Shown here: piece after piece, positions 54,790-63,743 of the stretch
How positions within the stretch are numbered: position 1 is the first letter of the stretch
How the letters are laid out: each line of letters starts with the position of its first letter
Source of the DNA: Candidatus Marinacidobacterales bacterium
GTDB taxonomy: Bacteria; Acidobacteriota; Vicinamibacteria; Marinacidobacterales; SMYC01
Length of the DNA: 64,000 nt
Assembly (NCBI GenBank): GCA_965224085.1
Contig: CBDCYI010000011.1
Span: forward strand, 1,216,001 to 1,280,000
Direction: 5' to 3'
Made by a program: the position numbers and the translations under genes
The notes under the pieces: model-generated
Database searches by the model: none
Told to the model about the DNA's origin: nothing
What the model saw: only the letters and a program-made list of their open reading frames with translations

Positions 54790-55044
54790 GCGGCGTCGCT
54801 TGCCTTGCGGATATGATACGGATGATTTCTTCGCCATCATCGTCCTCGCGGAACGAGTGAGCCACATAAAGGATCGCGACTCGACGCGCCCGATAGTCAC
54901 CCATCGCTCTTCACCGTAGTCGAACCGATCGTCCAGGTACGATAATACGCCGGGATCCCGGAACACGAGCGCAGCGTGCTCGAACCGGAGGCCGTGCTTC
55001 TCTCGATTCGATGCGTTCTTCTCCTCGTCCCATTCGAAGGCCAC
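54761..55044 (-). pseudogene. brnT: BrnT toxin with a 1-nt frameshift near 54880
   Basis: FEWDEEKNASNREKHGLRF, YGEERWVTIG; IRIISAR lies in another frame. Confidence 0.85.
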
Positions 55045-55846
55045 AAGCCGACTACACTTAAGTAATTCTACTATAGTAGTTACATAATTGCAATTATACG
55101 TGCGTGAGCTGCTTTCGCCGCGAGCCAACCGGCAGCCAACGACGGAATTCAGCACAGGTGCCATGCGTCGCCGGCGAGCGCGGAAACTGGCTGGACACCA
55201 CCCCTGGCAGGGCGCGTGTCCTCCTGCAGGCGTCATTTGACACTATTGCGGACTCCCATCGGGGTGGCGGCGACCCGCGACCGTCGCTCACAATATCCGG
55301 CAATGAACAGGAGAAGATCCGACCAGCCGACCGTGTGCCCGTAACGATCACGCCGCGTCAACGAGACTTGATCACCGAGCATACGTTCGCGGAGCCAGAC
55401 TCGACGGAGCCGCTTCGGCGGGCGGTGGCGAAAGGCCGCAAGCTCGTCGTGAAGTTTCGTAGACGGGCGTTTAGGGCGCCTTGTGTGTGCAGAGTCCGAT
55501 AAGATATATTATGTTAAATATTATACAAAAAAGAGAGGAGAGCCACGGGGTACGGGTTATTCGAAGCGAAAGGACGGGCCTGCGAAGTGCCCGTGTAAGG
55601 AGTACCTATAGACGCGGCCGTGGCTCCGACGGCTACCTCGGCCTTCGGCCGAGGCTTGCGTGTTGAGCCGAGACACCAAGACCCGTTCGCGGCTATCGAA
55701 GGCTCATCTGGAGGTCGGCATCGGACTCCGCGAGCTCCACAACGCGCCTTGAGAGCGCTAAACGAGCAAGTTCTGTATCGATATGCACCGACATCTAGAA
55801 ACCGTCGTCTTCAACTTTGAGACGTCGAATCTCCGCTTCGGGATCG

Positions 55847-56053
55847 TTACCGTGGAATAAATTCAAACAAGCGCTCGAGGACCTTGCGGCGGTCTTTGCG
55901 GCTCGTCGCCGGCACACCGAACGCGCTATTCCGTTGGCTCACGACCGCCCGCCGGATGGCCTCAGACACGGAACACCCGTATCGCATGGCGAGTTGCCGC
56001 GCCGCATGCCGTGTCTCGTCATCTAGTATCAGGGTTGTTCGCGATGATGGCAT
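55847..56053 (-). CDS. RHH/CopG-like antitoxin (partner toxin not recognisable)
   Basis: RTTLILDDE...SVSEAIRRAV. Confidence 0.55.
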   Translation of the reverse strand: MPSSRTTLILDDETRHAARQLAMRYGCSVSEAIRRAVVSQRNSAFGVPATSRKDRRKVLERLFEFIPR

Positions 56054-56259
56054 GTTTTGGATGCTCGCTTATAGCCCCTCAAACGATGGAGGAAGTGCAG
56101 GACCCGCTTTCAAACCTTCCGCACAATTTTACCGCGCGCATTGTTGGGACGGCTCCGGCTTCTTTTTGGCGACCGTCGGAAACCATCCAGAATGACAAAT
56201 ATTGACAATAAACGGGCGCTACAGTATTCTTCTTTGAAACCACAAATGGAGGCGCGTGA

Positions 56260-56508
56260 ATGTCTACTACGCTAAATCTTTCACTGACCGATGAGCTGCG
56301 CGCGTTCATCGACGCCAACTGCGGTGACGGCACGCTGTATGCCACACCCAGCGAATTCGTGCGCGATCTTCTGCGACAACGAAAGATTCAGCTAGATGCC
56401 GAGTCTGCTCGGGACGGTATCCTTGCGGGCTATCGCGACGCAGTTGACGGTCGCGTCGTTGAGTTCCGAGGTGACCTGCAGAGCCTTCTAGATAAAGCCG
56501 TACGGTGA
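56260..56508 (+). CDS. parD: ParD-like antitoxin
   Basis: TLNLSLTDELRAFI...YATPSEFVRDLLR. Confidence 0.82.
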   Translation: MSTTLNLSLTDELRAFIDANCGDGTLYATPSEFVRDLLRQRKIQLDAESARDGILAGYRDAVDGRVVEFRGDLQSLLDKAVR

Positions 56509-56888
56509 GCCGGAAGCAAAAACGGCGCGGCCGGCTACATCTTGCAAAGAGAGCCATCTCTGACCTGCTTGAAATCGAGGCTTATTCCATCGAGCAATGG
56601 GGCAAACGAGCGGCCACCAAATATCTCAAGGAGATTGAGGTAGGCCTGCAACTCATCCGAGAAGATCCCGGCATACTGCGTCCGCTGGAAGGCTTGCCGG
56701 CACAGCTTCGTTTTTACCGCGTGAACAAGCATTTTCTCGTGTGTGATGCTGCACGTGAATCGACCGTCGTGCTGACCGTCATTCACGGAAGCATGGATCT
56801 TCCCAACCGTCTTGGGGAGCTCGTGCCGCAACTAGCAACTGAGGTCGCGATGCTGCGCGATCAGCTGGACTCCAGCCGCAGAAAGTGA
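56505..56888 (+). CDS. parE: ParE/RelE-family toxin
   Basis: AISDLLEIEAYSIEQWG...VIHGSMDLP; GTGA overlap with parD. Confidence 0.85.
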   Translation: MSRKQKRRGRLHLAKRAISDLLEIEAYSIEQWGKRAATKYLKEIEVGLQLIREDPGILRPLEGLPAQLRFYRVNKHFLVCDAARESTVVLTVIHGSMDLPNRLGELVPQLATEVAMLRDQLDSSRRK

Positions 56889-56924
56889 CGTCCCCGCGCC
56901 CAGCCTGGTGCTCGCGTTGCATGG

Positions 56925-57104
56925 TTAGTGTCTCGTCCGGGGATGGTGGAAACCCCTCGCCTTCAGGCGAAGAAAAGATTGTCGATGTCCCCGAAGGGGA
57001 CGAGACTCCCCCGACTGAAGTCGGGGGGTTGAGAATGAAGCGGGCGCATGAAGTCGACTTCCAGTCGACGCGCCCGCGCAATCCACCGGCTTAAGCCGGT
57101 GGTT
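56925..57104. mobile_element. Palindrome-rich non-autonomous element (IS200/IS605-end or REP-like)
   Basis: Five hairpins: tcgccttcaggcga, gtccccgaaggggac, cccccgactgaagtcggggg, gcgggcgc...gcgcccgc, ccaccggcttaagccggtgg; part recurs at 61822. Confidence 0.6.
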
Positions 57105-57133
57105 GATTTAATTATTTGTGGGAAAGAGCCGCT

Positions 57134-57451
57134 TCAACTCTTCGGCCCAATTCTGGACGAGAACCAATTCGGTCGGCGGCCGTTGAAATACTCCATCCCA
57201 AGGGCTTCCACTTTGGGTTTTTCGTCGAGGCTTCCCTCTTGCTCCGTACGCAGGTTCAGCACAGCCTTGAATCCAGCCTTCTGAACGGCTTCGAGTGCCT
57301 CGTCGGTCGGTTGTCCCGCGGTAGCGATGTCGGGACGCAGCCGATAGTAGTTCGGGAGGCTCGACTGCTCCTCGAGCGGATCGGATTCTTGCGCGACGAG
57401 GAGGCTGGCCGCAAGGAGCGTCACGAGGGCGAGGACGGATCTTCCCATCAT
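57134..57451 (-). pseudogene. DUF442/protein-tyrosine-phosphatase-like protein, truncated and joined to a kinase C-terminal remnant
   Basis: IATAGQPT...GFKAVLNLR...LGMEYF, then VQNWAEELKRLFPTNN in another frame. Confidence 0.7.
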
Positions 57452-58377
57452 AATTTGTCTAGAAAAGATTGCACGTTCTTGTGGAACAGAAACAACGCGT
57501 CGGCGTCGCCGCTTTGCTCGGTGAAGTTGTAGTTCTTGCCTTTGCGGACTTTCAAATTCATATTCTTGTTGATGTAGTCCACTTCGAAGCGCTCGAGCGA
57601 CCCGTATGGAATGGCAAAGGAGTCTTTGTGATCCGTTGCGTAACGAATGCCGTTCGCGTCCGCGATCAATACTCCCTTGCAATTGCCGAAGCTGTGCTTG
57701 TGGACCATGGGGATGGATTCGTTGAAATCGGCGACCGCTTGCTGGAAGTCGACCCGCACATTGCGATGGCCGGCGGTGATCGTAACCTTCTCCGCGTACA
57801 TCTCGTAGCCCTCGGCGGAAACAGTCAACTGATACTCCCCCGCGGTCACGCCTTTGATCGTGATGGGCGTCGTTCCTTTGTATCGCCGGTCGAGAAACAC
57901 CGTAGCGCCAGGGATATCGCTTTGAACGCTCAAGCTCGGCGGCAGCAAGTCGAGCGACGCTCGCATCTCGGCTTTGCGTCCGGGACGCACGCGCACGTCC
58001 TCGACGAAATCCTCGTAACCTTCTTTAGTCACACGGACGCTGTACATGCCGATATGGATCTCAGCGTTCTCGAAGGGCGCGGAGCCGACGAGCTCGCCGT
58101 CGACATACACTGAGGCGGCATCGACGTTCGCGGTCACGACCAGCGCTCCGAAGGCTGGGAGGTCTGCCTTCCTTTCCTTCGGAGGCGGCGGCGGAGGGTC
58201 TTCATCCTCGACCACGGGCGGCGGCGCCTCGACGACTTCGGGCTCGGGGGAAGGCTCAGAGCTGCGGTTCAGGAACCAATAGACTCCCCCCATGGCCATG
58301 AGGATCACGATCGAAAGGGCGAGCAACTTCCCTGCGCCTGATGTCGATTCGCTATCGTCTGAATGCAGAAAACTCAC
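57448..58377 (-). CDS. PEGA-domain membrane-anchored protein
   Basis: TM and Pro-rich linker; two PEGA repeats (ASVYVDG, PGATVFLD...GTTP). Confidence 0.85.
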   Translation of the reverse strand: MSFLHSDDSESTSGAGKLLALSIVILMAMGGVYWFLNRSSEPSPEPEVVEAPPPVVEDEDPPPPPPKERKADLPAFGALVVTANVDAASVYVDGELVGSAPFENAEIHIGMYSVRVTKEGYEDFVEDVRVRPGRKAEMRASLDLLPPSLSVQSDIPGATVFLDRRYKGTTPITIKGVTAGEYQLTVSAEGYEMYAEKVTITAGHRNVRVDFQQAVADFNESIPMVHKHSFGNCKGVLIADANGIRYATDHKDSFAIPYGSLERFEVDYINKNMNLKVRKGKNYNFTEQSGDADALFLFHKNVQSFLDKL

Positions 58378-58415
58378 GGAACGATTCTAACACGCGTGAC
58401 CCGGCGGTTTGACGC

Positions 58416-58924
58416 TCAGCCCGGACGTCCACTGACGACGAAACGGCAGCAGTCGTCCCCTTTTGCCATACACTGTACTTCCATACCGTCCGTCTCTTTG
58501 TCGAATAGTGTCATGGCAGCGCCCTGAAGAAATCCAAGCACGGTGTAGCAGATGGGCTGCGTGGACGGGCCGTAGACTTCCGCGAAAGGCGAGCCAACAA
58601 CCTTGAACACGACCTCTTGGTTCTCGAGGTTGACCATCTCCGTCGACATTCCCCCCACCCCGACTGGGTCAGCATGTAGCTGACCGCATGCGCGACTTGT
58701 TCCGTCGAGTAGTTGAAGGCGTCGCGGTAACGACTCGCTAGCGAAGCACCGTCACCGAACGCCGTTTGGGTCATGATCTCGACGACTTCCTGGGGGAGAT
58801 GGGCTTCGATCTTTTTTTGGAGCTCGACGACGAGCGTTGGCGACATCATCACGTAGCGGGCACTCTGAAGCGACAGCGCTCCGTGCTCGGGATGGAAAGT
58901 AAGATTGCCAAGAAGCTGGTTCAC
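58416..58924 (-). CDS. V4R (4-vinyl reductase) domain protein, frameshift in a C/G run near 58655
   Basis: SGWG then PICY...EVQCMAKGDDCCRF. Confidence 0.78.
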
Positions 58925-58930
58925 TCGGAC

Positions 58931-59401
58931 TCACCTGCTGTGAACGGTCTCGCCAAGCCCCCAATACTCGCGAGTACAAAAGACCAAAGGCCTACCTTCA
59001 TCTCCCATTTCCGCACGTTCGACCCCTCCGAAAAAGACGGTGTGATCTCCCTGCTCCGTTTGCTCTACGACTCTGCAGTGCAAGTAGCCAAGGCAGCCGT
59101 CGAGCTTGGGCGACGTGTACGCCGCGAACTGATCCTCAGAGCTGAGCTTGGGACTCGCGAAATGGTCGGAGACGGCGCCTTGCTTCTCCGATAATACGTT
59201 CACGACGAACGGCCCTTTGGCGATGGCGCTCAGGGCGCGGGATTCCTTCATGATACAGATCAGGATGCGCGGCGGCGTCAAACTGACCGACGTAAACGAG
59301 CTCACCGTGATTCCCCGCGGGCCTTCGTCTCCTTGGGCGGTGACGACTACGACCCCTTGCGGGAAGGCGCGCATCACGTCGCGAAGCGAAATCTCACTCA
59401 T
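58931..59401 (-). CDS. Flavin reductase (HpaC/RutF-like)
   Basis: GVVVVT, GITVSSFTSVSLTPP, GDHTVFFG. Confidence 0.9.
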   Translation of the reverse strand: MSEISLRDVMRAFPQGVVVVTAQGDEGPRGITVSSFTSVSLTPPRILICIMKESRALSAIAKGPFVVNVLSEKQGAVSDHFASPKLSSEDQFAAYTSPKLDGCLGYLHCRVVEQTEQGDHTVFFGGVERAEMGDEGRPLVFCTREYWGLGETVHSR

Positions 59402-59419
59402 GGTGGTTTTCCTCAGTCC

Positions 59420-59884
59420 TCATTCTTCTTCGAAATCTGCTGACCACTCGATGCCAATGCATCCTTTGACGCTCATCGCTGCGGGACAGCCCCGTTCGTG
59501 CACGTCGAGAGCTCGCTCTGCCTCCGCCTTTTTCCCGCGCGGAAGCCGGATTCGATAATGTACACGCATACGGGTAATCTTGATGACGCCATCGAAGTCC
59601 TCGATGTCGCCCTCGACGTCTGCGGACAGCTTATCCGGGTGGCTTGGAATACCGCGCACTTCCAGCGCGCGCCCTAAGGTCCCCGTCAGTCACCCGCCGA
59701 CAGCGCCCACGATGTAATCGAGGGTCGCCGGAAACTCTTCCTCAGGTTCGATCCCGTAGAACTCTTTGATCCCGGAATGAACCCCGAAATGCACCGGGGC
59801 CTCGAACCCTTCGATATAGGCCCTGCGATGCGGTCCCTTGTCTTTCTCGATGCGTACTCGCGATGTATGAACGATTTTGGGCAT
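59420..59884 (-). CDS. OsmC/Ohr-like selenoprotein (Sec at TGA 59690-59692)
   Basis: The two track ORFs are in frame: DYIVGAVGG-U-LTGTLG...GCPAAMSV; SECIS-like hairpin cgcgcgct-GGA-agtgcgcg at 59653-59671. Confidence 0.82.
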
Positions 59885-59887
59885 GGC

Positions 59888-60334
59888 TCAGCTACTCACG
59901 TAAATGTAATCCCGCATAATGTTCGTCTCGTCGAAATAGATGAAATAGATCATGTCCCCCGCGGCGTAAAGCCGCAATTGGGGCCATTGCCGCGCCTTGC
60001 CGATAATCTCTTCCGCGCGCTCGGACGCCCAGGTCGAGACGGCACGTTCGAGATCTTGCTTCGACTCCACGATGGCGGCCAACGGAGCCTTTTCCTTTAG
60101 CCCTTCCGTGACTTGGTAGACGGTCGGGGTTTGCACGAGCATCCGCCGTAGCCGCGTGTCGTGTAGGTTCCTGCGACGGATATCGTAGCCGAGCTTCCCG
60201 AGATATAGCGCCGTGCCAAGCCCTCCGATGGTGACGGCAGCCGCGACGGCGAGAGCAATGGCAACACGTTTGGGTGGGCTCGACTCCCGCTTTTCGAACG
60301 CGGGTAACCGAAATTCCGGATTGGCCATTTCCAT
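59888..60334 (-). CDS. Hypothetical membrane-anchored protein
   Basis: 148-aa ORF with an N-terminal TM, 3 nt upstream of the OsmC-like gene. Confidence 0.65.
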   Translation of the reverse strand: MEMANPEFRLPAFEKRESSPPKRVAIALAVAAAVTIGGLGTALYLGKLGYDIRRRNLHDTRLRRMLVQTPTVYQVTEGLKEKAPLAAIVESKQDLERAVSTWASERAEEIIGKARQWPQLRLYAAGDMIYFIYFDETNIMRDYIYVSS

Positions 60335-60416
60335 ATTTTTAACGGTTTAGGCCTAGATAGATAAAGTAGTACTTCACGTAGGTTGAGCAATCACTTGAAG
60401 AGCGGGGCGTAATCGC

Positions 60417-60950
60417 CTATTGAGGCTCGAAAATTTCAGGATAGAGCTTTTCAACCTCGGCGCCTGGTGCCGCTGACTTCAAATCAAGCTCGATCTCTTC
60501 CGACGCGGGGGCGCTGCAGGCGAAGTCTGTGCAGATTTGATAGCTCACGTCCGCCCGTATCGATTGCTCCCCGGTCACCGCATCCGCTGAAAGCGTAACG
60601 GGAATGCGTATCGCCACGCTACCTTCATACAAGTCGTAGGTTCCGAGGCCCGACAAGTCGCGCGTGACCGCAAGTGGAAAGGACGGCTCCCCGACTACGA
60701 CGTTGTCGCCCGTCACAGCCACCTCGGTGCGGCTTGGTTCCGGTTCTTCAGGACCGTAGAGGTGGTAGCCCTCTTCGATATCCACGACGACGGCGACCTC
60801 GAACCCGTCACCGGGTCGGATCGGTTGTTGGGACGCGACGAGCTCGAATTTGACCGAGCCGTCCCAATCCGGAATCTCGAACTGGTGACCCACGGCAACG
60901 CCGGCGCCGAGCGCCAGCACTAGGGTCACGAACATCTGTCTTTTGTTCAT
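60417..60950 (-). CDS. DsbD N-terminal (Ig-like) domain protein
   Basis: Signal peptide; IEEGYHLY, YEG, YQICTDFAC; ATGA overlap with the upstream gene. Confidence 0.8.
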   Translation of the reverse strand: MNKRQMFVTLVLALGAGVAVGHQFEIPDWDGSVKFELVASQQPIRPGDGFEVAVVVDIEEGYHLYGPEEPEPSRTEVAVTGDNVVVGEPSFPLAVTRDLSGLGTYDLYEGSVAIRIPVTLSADAVTGEQSIRADVSYQICTDFACSAPASEEIELDLKSAAPGAEVEKLYPEIFEPQ

Positions 60951-61486
60951 TCGAGTTTCTTCAGCTCCTCGATAATGGTCGTGGGTGGCGTACGCTCTCG
61001 AAAGTTGACCCAAACGTTGACGAAGCGTACGATGCCCGCGTTGTCAACGATGATAGTGGCAGGATGTGGGATTCCCTTCATCGACTCGCGGCTGACGTCC
61101 GGGTTCAAAAGCCCGTAGGCCTCTATGGCTGACGCTCCGTCACACAGGATGGGATACGACCAATCGTGTTCCTCGAGCCAGCTTGCCGTCTCTGCCGCGT
61201 CGTATTTGGAAATGGCGAGAACGATCGCGCCTGCGTTTTCTATCGCCGTTTCGGACTCTTGCAACTCACCGAGCTGCTTCTTGCAAAACGGTCACCAATC
61301 ACCGCTGCGGAAAAACTCGAGGACGATAGCTTTGTCATCGCGATAGCTCGAAAGCGTGTACGTCTTGCCGGCAGAGTCTTTGAGTGTGAAATCCGGAGCA
61401 GATTTCCCGACCGCGACACTCGTTTGCGCGCCAGCGAACGACAGGACGAACACTAACACTAAGATTGATTTACAAAGAATTTTCAT
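60947..61486 (-). CDS. AhpC/TSA peroxiredoxin-like selenoprotein (UxxC; Sec at TGA 61292-61294)
   Basis: APDFTLKD...FFRSGDW-U-PFCKKQLGELQ in frame; SECIS-like hairpin gcagctc-GGT-gagttgc at 61261-61277. Confidence 0.88.
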
Positions 61487-61536
61487 GGTGCTGCTGTGCA
61501 CTATAGCACAGCGAACACTAGCTTTGGTGTGAAGCT

Positions 61537-61820
61537 TTACACTTCCTGAGCGCCACGCAAGTAGCCAGCGATGCGACTCAGAAGACCAACCTCGGAGGCC
61601 TCGTCGGCCGACGGATCCGAAACGAGTCCGTTAGATGGACCGCACGATTGCTCGTACGAGGCTTGCAGGTCGGTGATCACTTCTTGAGGATTCAGACCCA
61701 GCGAACGCGCATATTCTTTCGTGAAACTCTGGAAGTAGAACTCGCCGGGGAAACGGTCGAAGCGTTCTTCCTCGAGATCCTCGAGGTACATCATGCCGAT
61801 GCGGGTTTCGTTCGCGATGC
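61537..61820 (-). pseudogene. RodZ-like helix-turn-helix protein, 5'-truncated
   Basis: IANETRIGMMYLEDLEEERFDRFPGEFYFQSFTKEYARSLGL; 5' end abuts the repeat at 61822. Confidence 0.7.
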
Positions 61821-61821
61821 G

Positions 61822-61888
61822 GGGGATGGTCGAAACCCCTCGCCTTTAGGCGAAGAGAAGATCGTGGTATTGTCCCCCAGTTACGAGA
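61822..61888. repeat. Second copy of the palindromic element end (matches 56939-56979)
   Basis: 38/41 identical over 61822-61862, with weaker similarity beyond. Confidence 0.85.
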
Positions 61889-62058
61889 TTAACGATTTCG
61901 ATTTATTAGCGACGAGGCCGTGGGATGACGACTTGATAATCTCGACCTCATTCGGCGCTACCGGTAAAATATCAGAGAGGGCGAACGGATGTCAACAGGA
62001 AATCCACAGCCTAAGTCATAGAGCACGTTTTTTTTGTGGAATTCTCGTCCTGGCGGCT

Positions 62059-62883
62059 CTACGCGTCTTCCTGCTCGAGCTCAACGATCAACCCGCGTAG
62101 CGCATCGATGATCTCCCTGCGTTCCACCTGGCTTTTGCGGAACGTCATTTGAAGCCGAAACGGGTTGCCCCGAGGTCCGTACTTGAAAACAAAGTTCTTG
62201 GGGCGGCCGCGCCTCGGCTTGCGCGCCGCCTCCCTTGCCGTGTCGCGATTGAACTCACCCGCAGATATTTTCTCTATGAACGCCGCCATTTTCACGGCAC
62301 TGCCTTGCCTAACTATGTTTAATAACAATGACTTAGAGTTAATGTCGGCGAGCCGACAAAGATTCTTGATGTCTTCGGGCATGACGTTGAGACTGAGCGT
62401 TTCAGTGATACTGGTTCTCGATTTTCCGATACGCTTCGAAAGCGCTTCATGCGTGTAGTTGTGCTCATCCACCAACTGGCCAAACGCCTCGGCTTCTTCA
62501 AACGGAGTTAAATCCTTCCGCTGGATATTCTCGATGAGCGCGAGCTCGATAGTTTCGGCGTCGTCGACGTTGCGCTCAACACAAGGGAGCTCTCGGAGCC
62601 CAGCTTGCAGCGCGGCCTGGTAACGTCTCTCCCCCGAAATGATCTGGAAGCCGCCAACTCGACGCCGAACGATCAGTGGCTCGAGAACGCCCTTCTCCCG
62701 AATCGACGCGGTGAGCTCTCCCAGGTCCCCCATCTGGTGACGCGGCTGATTCGGGTTGGGTGTAATCTGCTCGATCGAGATCATACGGCCGATGGGCGTA
62801 CCCCGGGGGGGACCGAGTTCCTCGACAAAGTGAGCTTCGTTACGAAACTTGACCGTCGTCGGCAATCCAGCTTTTCTAGACAC
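62059..62883 (-). CDS. parB: Chromosome partitioning protein ParB
   Basis: PNPNQPR, GVLEPLIV, SGERRYQA, ENIQRKDL, HTH IGKSRTSI. Confidence 0.95.
   Translation of the reverse strand: MSRKAGLPTTVKFRNEAHFVEELGPPRGTPIGRMISIEQITPNPNQPRHQMGDLGELTASIREKGVLEPLIVRRRVGGFQIISGERRYQAALQAGLRELPCVERNVDDAETIELALIENIQRKDLTPFEEAEAFGQLVDEHNYTHEALSKRIGKSRTSITETLSLNVMPEDIKNLCRLADINSKSLLLNIVRQGSAVKMAAFIEKISAGEFNRDTAREAARKPRRGRPKNFVFKYGPRGNPFRLQMTFRKSQVERREIIDALRGLIVELEQEDA
62343..62358. promoter_or_regulatory. Candidate non-canonical parS site (TGTCGGCGAGCCGACA)
   Basis: 16-bp palindrome with 7-bp perfect arms and a 2-bp spacer, inside parB. Confidence 0.5.
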
Positions 62884-63637
62884 GGGCCATCACCTCTTCT
62901 GAAAGACTGTAGTACTCGAACGCGCCGCTCGAGTGCGGCGCAAAGCTGAAGATCGACTCTTTGTAGGCGGGACTTTCTTCGAGACGAATGCTCCGGCTGA
63001 TCACCGTTTTGAAGACTTTGTCCCCGAACGCTTCTTGAATCTTGTTCGCGACATCGCGTGAAAGTGTTGTTCGCTTATCGTGCAATGTAATGACCACTCC
63101 GATCACTTGGAGATCGGGATTCGGACGGGACTTGACTTTGTCCAAGGTTTCCAATAGGTCGTCCGTACCTTCGAGCGCGTAGTACGAAGACTGGATCGGA
63201 ATGAGCAGATGCGACGCCGCTACCAGCGCATTGACGGTGATGAGGCCGAGCGTAGGCGGCGTATCGATGATAATGAAATCATATTCGCCGCGCACCGACT
63301 CCAGACGATCCCGCAAGCGGAAATGCGCGTCGAAGTCGCCGATGAGTTTACTTTCGAGCTTGGCGAGCGAGATGCGCGACGGCACTACCCAAAGGTACTC
63401 GAGGTCTGCGTTGTGCGTGACCTCCTTGAGCTCTGTGGTCGCATCCGTCAACGCGTCGTAGATGGATTTGTGGATCGATTCGTCCTGAAGGAAGGAAATG
63501 GTCGAGTTGCCTTGAGGGTCCATGTCCACGAGCAACGTCCTTTTCTTTTTGGCCGCGAGCGCCGCCGCGAGGTTGATCGCGGTAGTCGTTTTCCCAACAC
63601 CGCCTTTTTGGTTTGCAATCGTTATAACAATGGCCAC
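62876..63637 (-). CDS. parA: Chromosome partitioning ATPase ParA/Soj
   Basis: NQKGGVGKTT, DMDPQGN, IDTPPTLG. Confidence 0.95.
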   Translation of the reverse strand: MAIVITIANQKGGVGKTTTAINLAAALAAKKKRTLLVDMDPQGNSTISFLQDESIHKSIYDALTDATTELKEVTHNADLEYLWVVPSRISLAKLESKLIGDFDAHFRLRDRLESVRGEYDFIIIDTPPTLGLITVNALVAASHLLIPIQSSYYALEGTDDLLETLDKVKSRPNPDLQVIGVVITLHDKRTTLSRDVANKIQEAFGDKVFKTVISRSIRLEESPAYKESIFSFAPHSSGAFEYYSLSEEVMARV

Positions 63638-63743
63638 GACAATTACCCCGCTCAGGCACAGATCGACGCCGAGTGAAAAAATTTAGAAAAAAGAGTCAGA
63701 GGCTCCCGCAGAGAGACGGGCACCAAGTAGGCGCGACACGCCG

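Noticed and set aside
55124-55242. Second attC site
   Set aside because: Has a GCCAAC start but no GTT core and poor arm pairing.
61890-62058. oriC with DnaA boxes downstream of parB
   Set aside because: Only two 2-mismatch DnaA-box-like words and no clear unwinding element.
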